From Chrysomallon squamiferum (taxonomy: Eukaryota; Animalia; Mollusca): 64,000 nucleotides of DNA. How positions within the stretch are numbered: the stretch's first letter is position 1; the number at the start of each line of letters is the position of its first letter. Below the pieces are notes generated by a model. The model searched no databases. It was not told where the DNA came from and was given only the letters and a program-made list of their open reading frames with translations. The translations under genes were made by a program, and so were the position numbers. The stretch lies in contig CM022673.1 in assembly GCA_012295275.1 (NCBI GenBank), forward strand, positions 23,126,001 through 23,190,000. The letters run 5' to 3'. Below, piece after piece: positions 26,918 to 39,435 of this stretch.

Positions 26918-29900
26918 TTCATTGTCAAACTTTTTGCATTGAGTTTTGATGTGTACTGACTTTATTTATAAAGCTAAAACAAACCCTACTCTTTAACTGT
27001 TATGTGGTTATAAATTTTATTATATTTTTATCAAATTAAATTTTATTATTTGCAAAGCCTCTATTTAGCATTTTTGCTGGCTGACATTTTGCTAACACAC
27101 ATCTGTTTTCTGGTATAATCCACCACTGTATAATGACTATGTAATTATTCTAATATCTGTATGTTAGAAAACTGAAGATTCTCTTGATTAAATAGCATGC
27201 CTGTAGGCTGTACATATTTTCCCCTACAGTTTTTGGATAATTATTATTTAATTTTTCTTTTGCTTGTTCAATGTCAATTTGATTATGTTTATATACTATT
27301 ACTAAACAGAATGACCTATAGGACATGATTTCAGAAGATGCTTCTGGAATAATCTCAAAATAACCAAAGTATTTTGACCCTTGCTATTTATAATCAGTTT
27401 ATAACGTCTGTAACAGATACTGTTGAAAATAGTTTTGAAACGTAATTGTTTATAAGGCCATTTTACAAAAATACAGGGATCTATTTCATTATCCCATGGC
27501 AACTAATGTACATTTAACAATAATTAAAAGTGTGGGTTTTTTTTTTCTAATAATAATATTTTGTTATTGACAGTTGTATATCATAACATATATTTTCGTG
27601 TTTTCGTGGAGATATTTTTGTCATAGTTATATTGCAGTTGTTATATTAGTCTTGTTTTAGATCATTTCAGATCCTTTTCTAAAGAAATAGCCTCGATTCA
27701 AACAACATAATTTTCCTCGTGTATCTTCGTAACTAATTAAAAAAATAATAACAAAAAAATTCTCTTTTTAGCTCCTCTGAGCTGTTTCCTGATGCAGTCT
27801 GTTCTATGTATGTCATGGTATATTCTTAGTTTTTATCTCTACAGAAAGTCTGTACAATAAAAATCTAGGTTGTTAATGAAGAAATATAACGTGAATTCCT
27901 CATAAATAAAGTCAGAAAATTAATGAGTAAAATTAGCTGTAGTTAGTCGCAACACAAACTTTAAAATAATGTTTCACGTAGGAAAATAGTCCACAATTAT
28001 TAATAAAAATGAAAAAGAAAGGGATATTTCCATGTCATTTCTTCAGCATTAATTAAAATACTGAAGGAAGAAAAGAACAACAATAAGTTTAGATTATTAT
28101 AATTATTAAAGGATAGATAAAATTCTGTAGCATTGATGTTTATAATTTAAATTCCGGCTAATTTCTTATTAGTTTCTATCTTGTCATAAAGGGGGTAATT
28201 TACGAATATTTTAAAAGGAAACGCCCGAACGTCTTAATTCGTCACTTTTTTCACGAAACGCCTTTTCTCAGTTCTGTTTTCTTCATATTTTATAAATGAA
28301 GTTTAAAGATTCAAAATATGACTGAACAAGAGACAGAAGCAAAGAGCTGATTTTAAGATCTATGAAATAAAAAAACCAGGCATACATGCACACGCACACA
28401 CAAAACATGTTTGAATATACCCTATAAATATTTCAATCCATGTAGCTGCTTTTACTAAATATCTATCTCTCTCCGGTTCGATCACTAAATTTTTGTTGTA
28501 AACCAAGATAAGATTACGTAAGAACAGATCTATGTTAGAAGAATCTACAAATATCGAGGAATGTCTGGAGTTTTTTGTATGGCTTTTATAGCATTTTTAT
28601 ATTATTATTATGCGTGATATTTAACCTCATTTATTTTTTTAATTTCTCTATTATTATTATTATGCTATCTATTTTAATATAATAATTATTTTTTACTATG
28701 GTAGATTTACTTAGTTTTGTTTTTGAAGAAGTAAATGTCCTATCCCATCGGTTAAATTGGAACTCAGAATAACATTACAAAATCATGATTACAAAAGTAA
28801 CAACGATATATTGCAAGTTATCGAAACAGTAATATAAATAATTCTCAAAAAAATGAAATAAATGAATAAATAAAAGGCAGAAAACTAATGCAAAATTAAT
28901 TAGTTTATCTTTTAAAAAATAGTTTTAAATACTTCAGAAAACAAGTAAACATTAAATGTTTTTTTGTCTTTACTGAGAGAGATATGTATCTTCCGTTTTA
29001 AATGCAGCGTACAGTTCTTTTTTAAATAATAATAATAATAATAGATTATTGCTGTTGTTACCCTGAAGATCTACAGGTAAACTGCTGAAAAGAATAAAAC
29101 CAGACTGAATTATTAAGAGATATCTTAGTTCATATGAGGACTAACTACCATTACATGAATTTATTTATTTATTTATTTATATATTTATTTATTATATATA
29201 ATAACAATGCTGATTGCAATTAGCAAAATACACAGCCGTTTCTTTATTAATATTTTATCCATTAGCACTGAACAATATTTTACTTCCACATTCCCTTAAA
29301 GTAAAGTACTAAAATTTATACTGAGTCATCACTTAAAATGGATTCGAAATGCAGTAAAATAATCATATTTAGTCGATATATAGTTTAATAAAACACATTA
29401 TCAAAACAATCATTAATGCATTTGTAATTACATTACAGTATTAATGAAACGTTCTAATTTTGTTTTGACCCAGTGCTATAAAATAATTTCACATGGTATT
29501 CATCATCGTAGAGGCCTGTTTCCTGTGATATTACACCTTCCCATTCTTCGTCATAACTTAAAGGAATCCAGGCTTGTTTACATGATGTTATTTTCAGATA
29601 AATGTCATTGCCATTGTCACACAAGAATACACCTACATACAAGCATATACACGTATAAATACATACAGATATAGGACTACGTATATACGCCTACATATAT
29701 ACGTACATACGTACATATACATACATACGTACATATACATACATACGAGCATTACGTATATATATAAATTCATTTGTTCATGCGTATAGAGGCCTTTATA
29801 CAATAGCATACACGTATACACGAAAATCAACACACACACACACACACACATACACACATGATTGCTGTGTAACCCCAAGCTTATATTTTCTTTTTATTAT

Positions 29901-30288
29901 TTTCTTTTTTATAATGAAAAATATGGTTATCTGTCTATTATAATTATGGGACTTGAAATCCCAGTAGACAATTCTATTCTGTTTTCCTGCGCAATTCAGA
30001 GAAAATAACAGAAAAACATGAGATCGATAGGCATCTGAAACGATTTGTTACAGAAGTACTGTTACCATGGTGATACATCTTTAGATTCAGCACATTCACT
30101 GATATATTTGTAGTTGTGTTTGAAGAAGGAACTGATCGGTGCATTGAGGAGAATCACTGATTTGAGGTTCGGCGGTCATTCATCGCATTAAACCATTAAC
30201 AAAGATTAGGCAGATAATGGAACCAGCTTAATTCATACAATAACATTTAAATCCAATAACCTTACGGGATAATTGAAATTAATTATTA

Positions 30289-30291
<3 letters not shown>

Positions 30292-30354
<63 letters not shown>
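30292..30354. repeat. (CT)n microsatellite
   Basis: Read directly; it produces the ERERER tail of ORF 30233-30583. Confidence 0.95.
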
Positions 30355-30358
<4 letters not shown>

Positions 30359-30593
30359 CTCTCCCTCTCTCTCTCTCACCTCCTCTCCCTCTCTAGAACT
30401 GTCTACCTCATTCTGAATCGTTCTTTTTTTCTCTCGCTCTTTTTCCACTAACTGATCCACTGCATTTTTATTTAATGCTATAAAACTCTGAAACGTGAGG
30501 TGTCTGGCACGAGGCTTGTTGGTCCCAAGACGATTTCTTCTCGTTGGACCTGTAGGACAATCCTCGTTCTCGTCAGTAGGCATATGCAGAAAT

Positions 30594-30628
30594 AACTGAT
30601 CTGTATTTGATGGTCCTCGGCTATATAA
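30594..30628 (-). promoter_or_regulatory. TATA box plus initiator (TCAGTT) of an unannotated minus-strand transcript
   Basis: Minus strand reads TATATAG from 30627 and TCAGTT with the +1 A at 30597, i.e. 30-nt spacing, within a CpG-retaining stretch. Confidence 0.4.
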
Positions 30629-31357
30629 GTTTCGATTAAAAAAACAGAAGAACCACTTCGCTTAGAATGTCGCGCAATAATACTGAGGGGAGCATTGAAA
30701 TGTAATAATTCAAAAACTAATTTTCAAGTAAAAGCACTTGTTGAAATTACTGTTTTTATTAACAAAAGTAATTTTTCTTCGAAACTGCACAGTCCCAATG
30801 CAAATTAATGTTAAATAGTCAAATAAATTTGTATTTCTCCTTAAATTAAAAAAAGGTAATTTAGAATATGTTATAAAAAATACAATATTATTATCATTTT
30901 GTAATACATGAACAAACAAACGAACAAATAAATAAATAAATAAATAAAGTAAAATAATAATAACAATATTAATTAAATAAATGATAACTAAAAAAAAAAA
31001 GTACTGTCATAAAATAAAGAAAAAGAAATAAAAGATTTACGGTATTTTTATAACTATGACGTAGGTAAATCATTTTATTTTACATGAATGGATAAAAGAT
31101 AATAAACTAAAAGAATATCGTTGTTTACAATTAATCATACACCTACTTCATTTATAAATAGACCTGATTATATCTTAACTGATAATTAAAGTCTGCTTAT
31201 TTTGTTTTTGTCTTAGAAGTCGTGTTTCGTCAAGCTGAAAATACTCAATGCTATTAGTTATAAATATCATGTTATTTACACGAAGGAAAGGAATATTTTA
31301 TTACAATGGTGTGTGGTTAATATGAAGATAAAATGAGATCTCACTGGTGTCTTTCTA

Positions 31358-31433
31358 TATACACTAAGTATAGAGATATATTACATATTTATACACTAAG
31401 TATAGAGATATATTACATATATACACTAAATAT

Positions 31434-31440
<7 letters not shown>
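31358..31440. repeat. ~30-32-bp tandem duplication (about 2.6 copies)
   Basis: atacactaagtatagagatatattacatat occurs twice plus a partial third copy, running into (TA)n. Confidence 0.8.
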
Positions 31441-31474
<34 letters not shown>

Positions 31475-32482
31475 TATACAGAAATAATACACATTCAAGG
31501 AAACCGTATCAACGATGGCTTGAAAAACTGAAAATGATTTTACATAATTATGATGTAGCAGTATAAATAAAGTCATATAATTCATTCAACCATTGAGACG
31601 TTCGACTAATTTCGGTTGATCCTGTCAATGAGCGAGGGTATTTAGCTAAATGAATCACTTCGAAATATTATCGTGATCAAATTATCTTCGTTAAAAATTG
31701 ATAATATTTAATCTAATCAATAACATTAATAACATCAGGAAAAAAGACGATTAATAATTAAAGTGGAAATTAATTTAAAAATAAGAAAACAACTTGGAGA
31801 CACATTGACAGAGATGGAGTGTGTGTGTGTGTGTGTGTGTGTGAAACCACCATGGAGATAACTAGATAAATTATTATAAACACACACATACACATACATA
31901 TGTATGCATGTACATAAAAAGATCGATGCAGCTGATGGGATTATAGGTTAAAGACTACTGAGTCAGATCAAAATAAAATATTTACCTGTAATAATAACAT
32001 TTTAAATGTGTGCATGTGTGTCTAACTATATCTGAGTTTTCATATTGTTTGTATGTTTGTTTATTTGAAAATGTGCTTATTGATCGATAAGCTAGTTATT
32101 TCTAACTTGTTAAAGAACTATAAGAAATTGTAAACAAGAAATTAATTCGGCTAAGAAATTAAAGGATACTTGCAAAACAAAAAGTCGTCAACGAAACTGT
32201 TTTATTTAAAAATTTATTTTCATGAGCATTTACAAACATTTTATCATAGCCATATTGATCTCAATGAAATCTGTCATACGTCTAACTACATCAAAACACA
32301 CATCACCTCACGGTTTATCACAAGGACATTCTTTCTTTCCCACGTAAAGCATATTAATCTCTACATCACATTCGATGTTGACTGTAATCCAGCTACGACA
32401 GAAACAGTCATAATGTCTGTACATAATAAAAATCACTATAACAATTATACTCTATGTTATGACGTCAGTTTCATAAATAAGC

Positions 32483-32518
<36 letters not shown>

Positions 32519-34227
32519 CCAATATGAGTATTAGATAATGTACATTTGAAAAAAAAAAATTAAATTTAAAACATCCGTTTGTATATATTAATCAAATGTA
32601 TACACAAACATGAAGACAAGCGTATAAAAATACCCCATCACACACACACACACAAACAAACACACACACACAAAAACAAACATACATTGTTGTATACGTA
32701 CCCATCCATGCACAAAAATATAGTGAAGGTACGTACATATCCTATAAAAATTTATTCATTCATACTTAATACGTATATACATAAAATTAATGTAAAAAAC
32801 AAACATATATGAAAAAAAAATTGATAATATTAATGTATCTTACCATATAAATGTAATTATTGCAACAATGTGCGTAATTAACGACAAAAAAGATGTCCGA
32901 GAAAGATGAATGTGATTCTGATCATTATAAATTAATGAAATGCTTGAAAAAATATTAAGATCACAAAATTTCTAAGTATGAAAATTATTTTTGGATACCT
33001 TTCATTTATTTGTTCTGTAAAGAAATAAAAAATAAATAAAATTTCATAAGAAATGATTATTTGTGATAAATATGAAAAAATATTACATATTTAACAAATG
33101 ATTATTTCGTAATGATTAATTCACTAAAATAACAAAAATTTGTTTAAACTTATAACAATTACTTTAAACAAATTTAAATAACGTAGTGTCAAATAACAAA
33201 ATTCGTACCAGCCTATATATATATATATATATAAAACACAGTTATATACAACAACTTGAGCATACACAAACGCACAAACCCACGCACTCATACATATTCA
33301 AAATCAAACAATTTCATTTCACATTATTTAAATAAGTTAAGTAATAACTTTAGTTACGGTCATTATATAACATGTTTTACATAACATAGAAAGATAAATA
33401 AATAAATGAATGAATAAATAAATAAATAAATAAATAAATAAATATTGAAAGATAAAAACAGACTTTTTTCTCAGGGACCATTTTTTTTTTTTTTTTTTTT
33501 TTTTTAATTGCAATTTTACAGTGTTAATGAGAATATTTAAAATATTTACAATGAGATAATTACAGAAATAATTATGGAAATATCTGAACATATCATAACT
33601 TCACAACTTTATTATAATTTATGTGTATGAATTTTTGGAATATTTACACATTATGATTATATACAGTGAAATCAAAGAATATTTCCAGTTTATAATAGTT
33701 ATCATACATTGCACACTATTTCAGTTTTGAAATATTTAAAGTCGATATTAATAATTATTTTTAATTTTGCTTTGAATAATCGTTTTAACATTATAGATTA
33801 CATATTATATAATACATATTATAAAATTCAAACTATTTGATTTTTTTAAAAACATAATTTATCAAGAAAAGTATATACATCTCAACGTTTCGGTGGATAT
33901 TTGTGATAAATATTTAATTAAAAATAATGTGGATAATGATTGAAAAGGAATAATATCTGAATTTAAAAATGAACGGCTAAAATATGAATGTATTGTTTTA
34001 TATCAACAACAAAAATTATTATTAATATTATCACTACTACTAAAAGCAAGCTATTTGTTTAAATATTCAAATTTGTAGTCGTCTAAGCTAAATATTATTA
34101 TTTGTTAAATTATTAATTATATGAAAAAATTGAAGAATTTAAAATTACTAATATTGCGATTGTTTGGTTGTAATTTATTTTGCTTAGAAATAATAAAAAG
34201 TTCTGTAAACAATATCATTATTGGCGT

Positions 34228-34264
<37 letters not shown>

Positions 34265-34666
34265 TTTCTTTCTTTCTGTTGATTATTAAATAATATTACT
34301 GGTTATATTGTTTTAAAATTTGTTATTATTAATGTTGTTTCGTGTATTTTCATAAAACTGATAAATATTAATCAAATGTGTTTCCTTTGTGCGAAGACCG
34401 AAAACAAAAGAAAACCATTACGAATGTTGTGACACTGTGCGCATAGCACCCAGCCAAAGGAAGCCCTCGGTTTTCTGTTCATCAGGTCGCTCTCCAGGGC
34501 CACAAATTCCTCAGCGTTCTTCTGGGAATAAATCGATAACAAACTCTTCCAAGTCAATTAACAGTCTTTAAATTCAGTTCTCTGAGCGAAATATAATAAT
34601 ACAAAATTAAAAGAAATGTTACCGATCAGTACTTTTTTCATCGCTGGAGTTAATGTACTAAAACAT

Positions 34667-35533
34667 TCACACACAGGGCGAATAACTTTTCAGTTCAGTG
34701 AATATTTCTGTAAAAAATCCTGGATCGCGATTTATTTTCAGCATTCCACTACTTAATTTTCTAACGATGAGTATGGTGCGGTCCCAGAATTTTTCTTTGT
34801 CGTCCTCTACCAGAAATGGTTTTAACGGGTAGCTGATTTCGTTGCCCATGTAAGAATACGACAAATAAAGGCATGTCAAAACTGCGGCCTGAAGATCGTG
34901 TTCTGTTTCCACGTCGCTCGACACAATGTCTCTGACCAAAAGAAAAACAAATACGACATTAGCTGGGTTGATGAATGCTATGTCTTGCCATCCCTGAAGC
35001 AAAAGAGAACGGTCTACCGACCGCAACCAGATTATGAGATCGCTTCCTTCGAAATGCTTTAATCTCTTGCATTTCTTTTTCAAATACTCTCCGAGACATT
35101 TCAACAGTTCTGAGGTCGATGCCTGAATAACAGTTCGTTTTGGACTGGCACATTTCTCAACCTTTTTCACAACTTTGGTTTTATTTAGTATCGTTTCGTC
35201 TTGTCCCGTTTTCAGATTATAACACGAAATTGACTTCTGAATATTGTTGTTAATGTTCACATTTTCAACATTAAAATTGTTGTCGATTTTCTCAAACTTC
35301 CCTCCGAGATATGCACTGTTTGAAACCTTGATTAAATTTTTCTCTTTCTTTTTCGTATTCACTGTAAATTTCTTCCAGCTCAAAGCACTAAGAAAAATGG
35401 TGTGTCTTTTGAAATTCTTGTCTTTCTGTTGGTTTTTGGCATTGTTCAAAACTTCGTAATTGAAATTGTTCAGGTTTATGTCTTCATACAGCGGTTTTCT
35501 TGGCCGCGGCGAAAACGACAACACGGTTCCCAT
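34667..35533 (-). CDS. CDK5R1: Cyclin-dependent kinase 5 activator (p35/p39 family), 288 aa, single coding exon
   Basis: N-terminus MGTVLSFSP (Gly2 myristoylation as in p35); p25 core [74 protein letters not shown]. Probably pro-orthologous to vertebrate CDK5R1/CDK5R2. Confidence 0.96.
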   Translation of the reverse strand: MGTVLSFSPRPRKPLYEDINLNNFNYEVLNNAKNQQKDKNFKRHTIFLSALSWKKFTVNTKKKEKNLIKVSNSAYLGGKFEKIDNNFNVENVNINNNIQKSISCYNLKTGQDETILNKTKVVKKVEKCASPKRTVIQASTSELLKCLGEYLKKKCKRLKHFEGSDLIIWLRSVDRSLLLQGWQDIAFINPANVVFVFLLVRDIVSSDVETEHDLQAAVLTCLYLSYSYMGNEISYPLKPFLVEDDKEKFWDRTILIVRKLSSGMLKINRDPGFFTEIFTELKSYSPCV

Positions 35534-37655
35534 ATTTAATGGTTCTGAAAATCAGATCTGCGATAAAATGTCCGTTTGAAAAGCTTGGAATCTAGATATT
35601 GCTTGAAATCATAACATATTTGTAGCTAAAGATATACTCTTTCAGTATGTATCCTTAGTTAATAAATCCAAAAAGTTCACAGTTTTTCTTTTTTGTAATT
35701 AGAATTTGAAAGCGCCTCAACGGATGTATGTTCTCCATATAGCCATTTTCTTGAATTTCTGCCTAATCAATATAAATAATGCAGCAATGACATCATCACC
35801 TTGGAGATGCTACTGAGCGCATTGGGATCCAATCAGATTGCTTCCTCGTCCAGCTCTTCCGATCGATTTTACCCCCAGAAACACGGTAAAAGATCCGAAT
35901 TATATTTTACATTCAGATCAATAATATAACCATAACAATATTCAACCTGAGTGGTTAAACAGACTTAAAGAAGAAAATGCAGGTTTTTATTACAAATTAA
36001 ATATTTTGGTATTTCATTCTGGAAGTAGCATTATAAAAACATATTTAGTAACCAAAAAAAACCAACAAAAAAGAGAAAGAAATAAAATGGTAAAAAAAAA
36101 AAAAAAAAAGAAGAAAAAAAAAAAAAAAAAAAAACATTGCAGGAAACAAAATATTTACAGCTGCAGTATGAACATAATTATTTCGTCATTTTAAATGAGT
36201 GATTTTCACTTCTCTTCAAAAGGCTTTTTAGACACACGAGCGGGCATATATGTATAAATAGTGTGTATGTATCCCTGCGTGCATGTGTACACGCAGTTGT
36301 ACATATATCTCTGTTCGGATGTATGTTTAAATAATCGTATATGCATGTATATGTTTAATGATGCATACACACGTGGAGTGATGTATGCATTCATTAATTT
36401 ATATGTGTGCATGATAATATGCATGTATTTGAAAAAAAGCACGTGTGTATAGTATATATATAAGTTTTGCATATATGTGTCTGTACATTTTTTTTCTCTG
36501 AATATTATTATTTATTTTTGTTATTATTATTTGTCGAAATGACACGCACTGTTGCTGTTACTGTCGTACAGTCATGTTAACTGAGATTCCATTAGATAAT
36601 GGGTTAACGTCATTACTCTAATGTTCCTGTTGATATTGACCGAATAAACAGGAGTCAACAAACATCGAGCAATGGATTAACGTGTGCAGAAAGCGCAAAC
36701 AGGTGAACTGGTTTCAGTCTGACATTATATCGATTATTATCTGGCCAACAGTCATTAAATATTCTGCCTCTTCCTAAAGAAGATGAATGATTCGGATCAA
36801 TAAGTAAACGCAGAATAGGGGAACGCACTCAGTTTCAGAAACGAGCAAAATAAAGCATTTTGCTTAACGGTCTCCTTAATTCGCTGCATTTTTTCTTTGT
36901 TTCTTTATTTTATTATCACATTATTTATTTATTATTAGTGAAACATATGTATTATTTAAATTATATGTATAACAATGATAGCGCTCACCCCTTTTTTCAT
37001 ATAATTGAACTACTCCTGTTTTTAACAGATTCTTATATATAACACACATACATCATGGTACAAACAGAACAGTCATTAACAGAAGGTAAAATAAATAATG
37101 AAAACACTGAACATTGAAAATATTCAAACATAAACATGATGGTGATAAACAAAAATATTACATAATAAACATTTATTTGGAATAAAAAAATAAGTTTGCT
37201 ATTAGCTTAGTCTAGCATATAAATGGATAATTGTATAATGACACCTCAACATATTTTTTATTTTTTATTAACAGTTATTAAGCATATATAGATATTAAAA
37301 ACATGTATTTGCTTAACAACCTATCAACGCTTTTTTTTATTCTTCATTAGCAGTTATTACGTTTATGTCGATATTTTTTATTCCCCCCACACACGGTTTT
37401 CAGGAACAGGGAATATCCGCATTGAGTAGGATTAATAAAGCAGTAGATTACTCCTTAGGGAGCAAGAAAAACAGACTTTAAAAAATAACAAATCTAATCC
37501 ATGTTGGAACAATGTAAATGAAGAAATAGATGGCGAGAATAACAGAACACTATCCAATAAATATAACACTTGTAAACTTATTTAATTTTAGGTAAATTTA
37601 AACTATTTTTGAAAAATAAGCGAATAGCTCTAACGATGTTTATTTATTTATTAAT

Positions 37656-37686
<31 letters not shown>

Positions 37687-38090
37687 ATATTATTATTATT
37701 AAAGAAAACTAATTTTAAAAAAAGAGAAGAAAGTGGATCTAGTGGCCTATTCGATCTACAAGACATGACAGTAGAAATACAACATACGTCGTTCGTGAAT
37801 AACCCGCCAAACGAAAATCGATTATTGACTCGTAATTATCCACTGGACTGAGATTTGTCACTGTGGCTGACTCGTTAGGTTCCGAGTAGTTCAATTTGTG
37901 CTATGAGGCAATCATGACTAAATTCGAATATCGATTTTTCTTCTTTCTTGTTACACGACCGTGCTGTCTTTGAATGTAATACATAAAAAGTGACGAGTTG
38001 GTGCGCAACCACTTAATGCCACGTTACATGTCAGTTTTGAAAACTAGGTCATGAAGAAATGGGCCTCTTTCCAGTTAAGTCAATAGTTTA

Positions 38091-38136
<46 letters not shown>

Positions 38137-38762
38137 TAGTCTAATCTGGTCTAGTTTAGAATGTAGCATATTTTGTTATAATATAATAAAGTAGTAGTAA
38201 TAGTAGTATGATGACGATAAATAACGAGACGAAATATAGGCGACGAAGATCACGAAGATCACGAAGAAATAATAATAATAATAACAAAATTTGATAAATA
38301 AATAAATATAGGTTTAAAAGATAAAGGAGTTAAATAGAATAAAATTAAATTTCATTTTTTTTAGGATCACCTTTATTCATTGTATTGTGATATTTATCAT
38401 TATTCACTTTTTAATCTGTCTTTTTATATTTTACTTTCTACTCATCTTTTAAAATATATTTCAGTTTTTTTTTTTTTTTTTTTTTTTTTTTGAAAATAAT
38501 AATAAAAAGTATATTTTGTTATAGATAGCTGTTTCTTTCGGTAATATTTTTAGAAATATAGTGCATAATAATTATGATATTTCGTCTATCAAACGGATTA
38601 TATTTAATGTAATTTAACGGAATGGTTTAATCTCTATACTTAATAAAAAAATAATAATAATAAATAAATATGCGATTTTTAGAAGGGTGTGGCGCTATGA
38701 ATGCGGTGCGCTGCAGAATAAGACTAAGCCTTGTGGAAGTTAGAGAACAAAGACGAGTAATA

Positions 38763-39336
38763 ATGGCTGCGGTAGAGTTGGAGAGAGCTCTTGCTTTGCA
38801 AACTACAAACAAGTCAGGGGCCATTGATATTTTATCCAATATAGGTATTATTTTTATGATATATGACTCCCAAGTTGTTTATCTGAAGAACAATCAGAGT
38901 GTTATTTTATAAATATTGTTGTAGTTAGAAATAGTTCAAATAGATTATCCTAAATTCTAAAATTGCTTTATCATTAGTCTCGATTAAAATACATATTTGT
39001 TGGATTCATGACTACTGTATGTCCGTTAATTGTTAGGAGGTCTCGCATTTGAGGTTTATGTAGAAGGCAATTTTCCTAATAGTTTTGTTTCTTTGATAAT
39101 TTAATACATGTTATATACCATTATTGAATGATTTTACCGAATTGTTAGACAGTCCTCCTACTAAACTAATTATTCTAATCATCAGTGTCGATATTTGTGT
39201 AAAATTAAGTCTGACTTGCATTGCCATGATTTTGTGTTCAGAATTGTTTAATATCAAACAAATAATAAAGCTTTATTATTTATACAAGTTACAGGTATAA
39301 TTGATGGACAAACTCAGTATAGACTGTCAGTTTTTG

Positions 39337-39435
<99 letters not shown>

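Noticed and set aside
30233-30400. C-terminal half of the 116-aa ORF 30233-30583
   Set aside because: The ERERER tract is just the (CT)n microsatellite; only the 5' part is kept as part of a candidate transcript.
30500-30580. Hammerhead ribozyme (minus strand contains CUGACGA followed by a stem)
   Set aside because: The stem is not followed by the required GAAA core, and I could not build stems I and III.
34229-34263. Poly(A) tail marking p35 as a retrocopy
   Set aside because: Long A/T runs are frequent throughout the window, no target-site duplication is visible, and an intronless coding region is normal for vertebrate CDK5R genes.
38670-38762. In-frame 31-aa N-terminal extension of PSMD11
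   Set aside because: Family-like sequence starts at MAAVELERA (38763); the upstream ATGs probably lie in promoter sequence.
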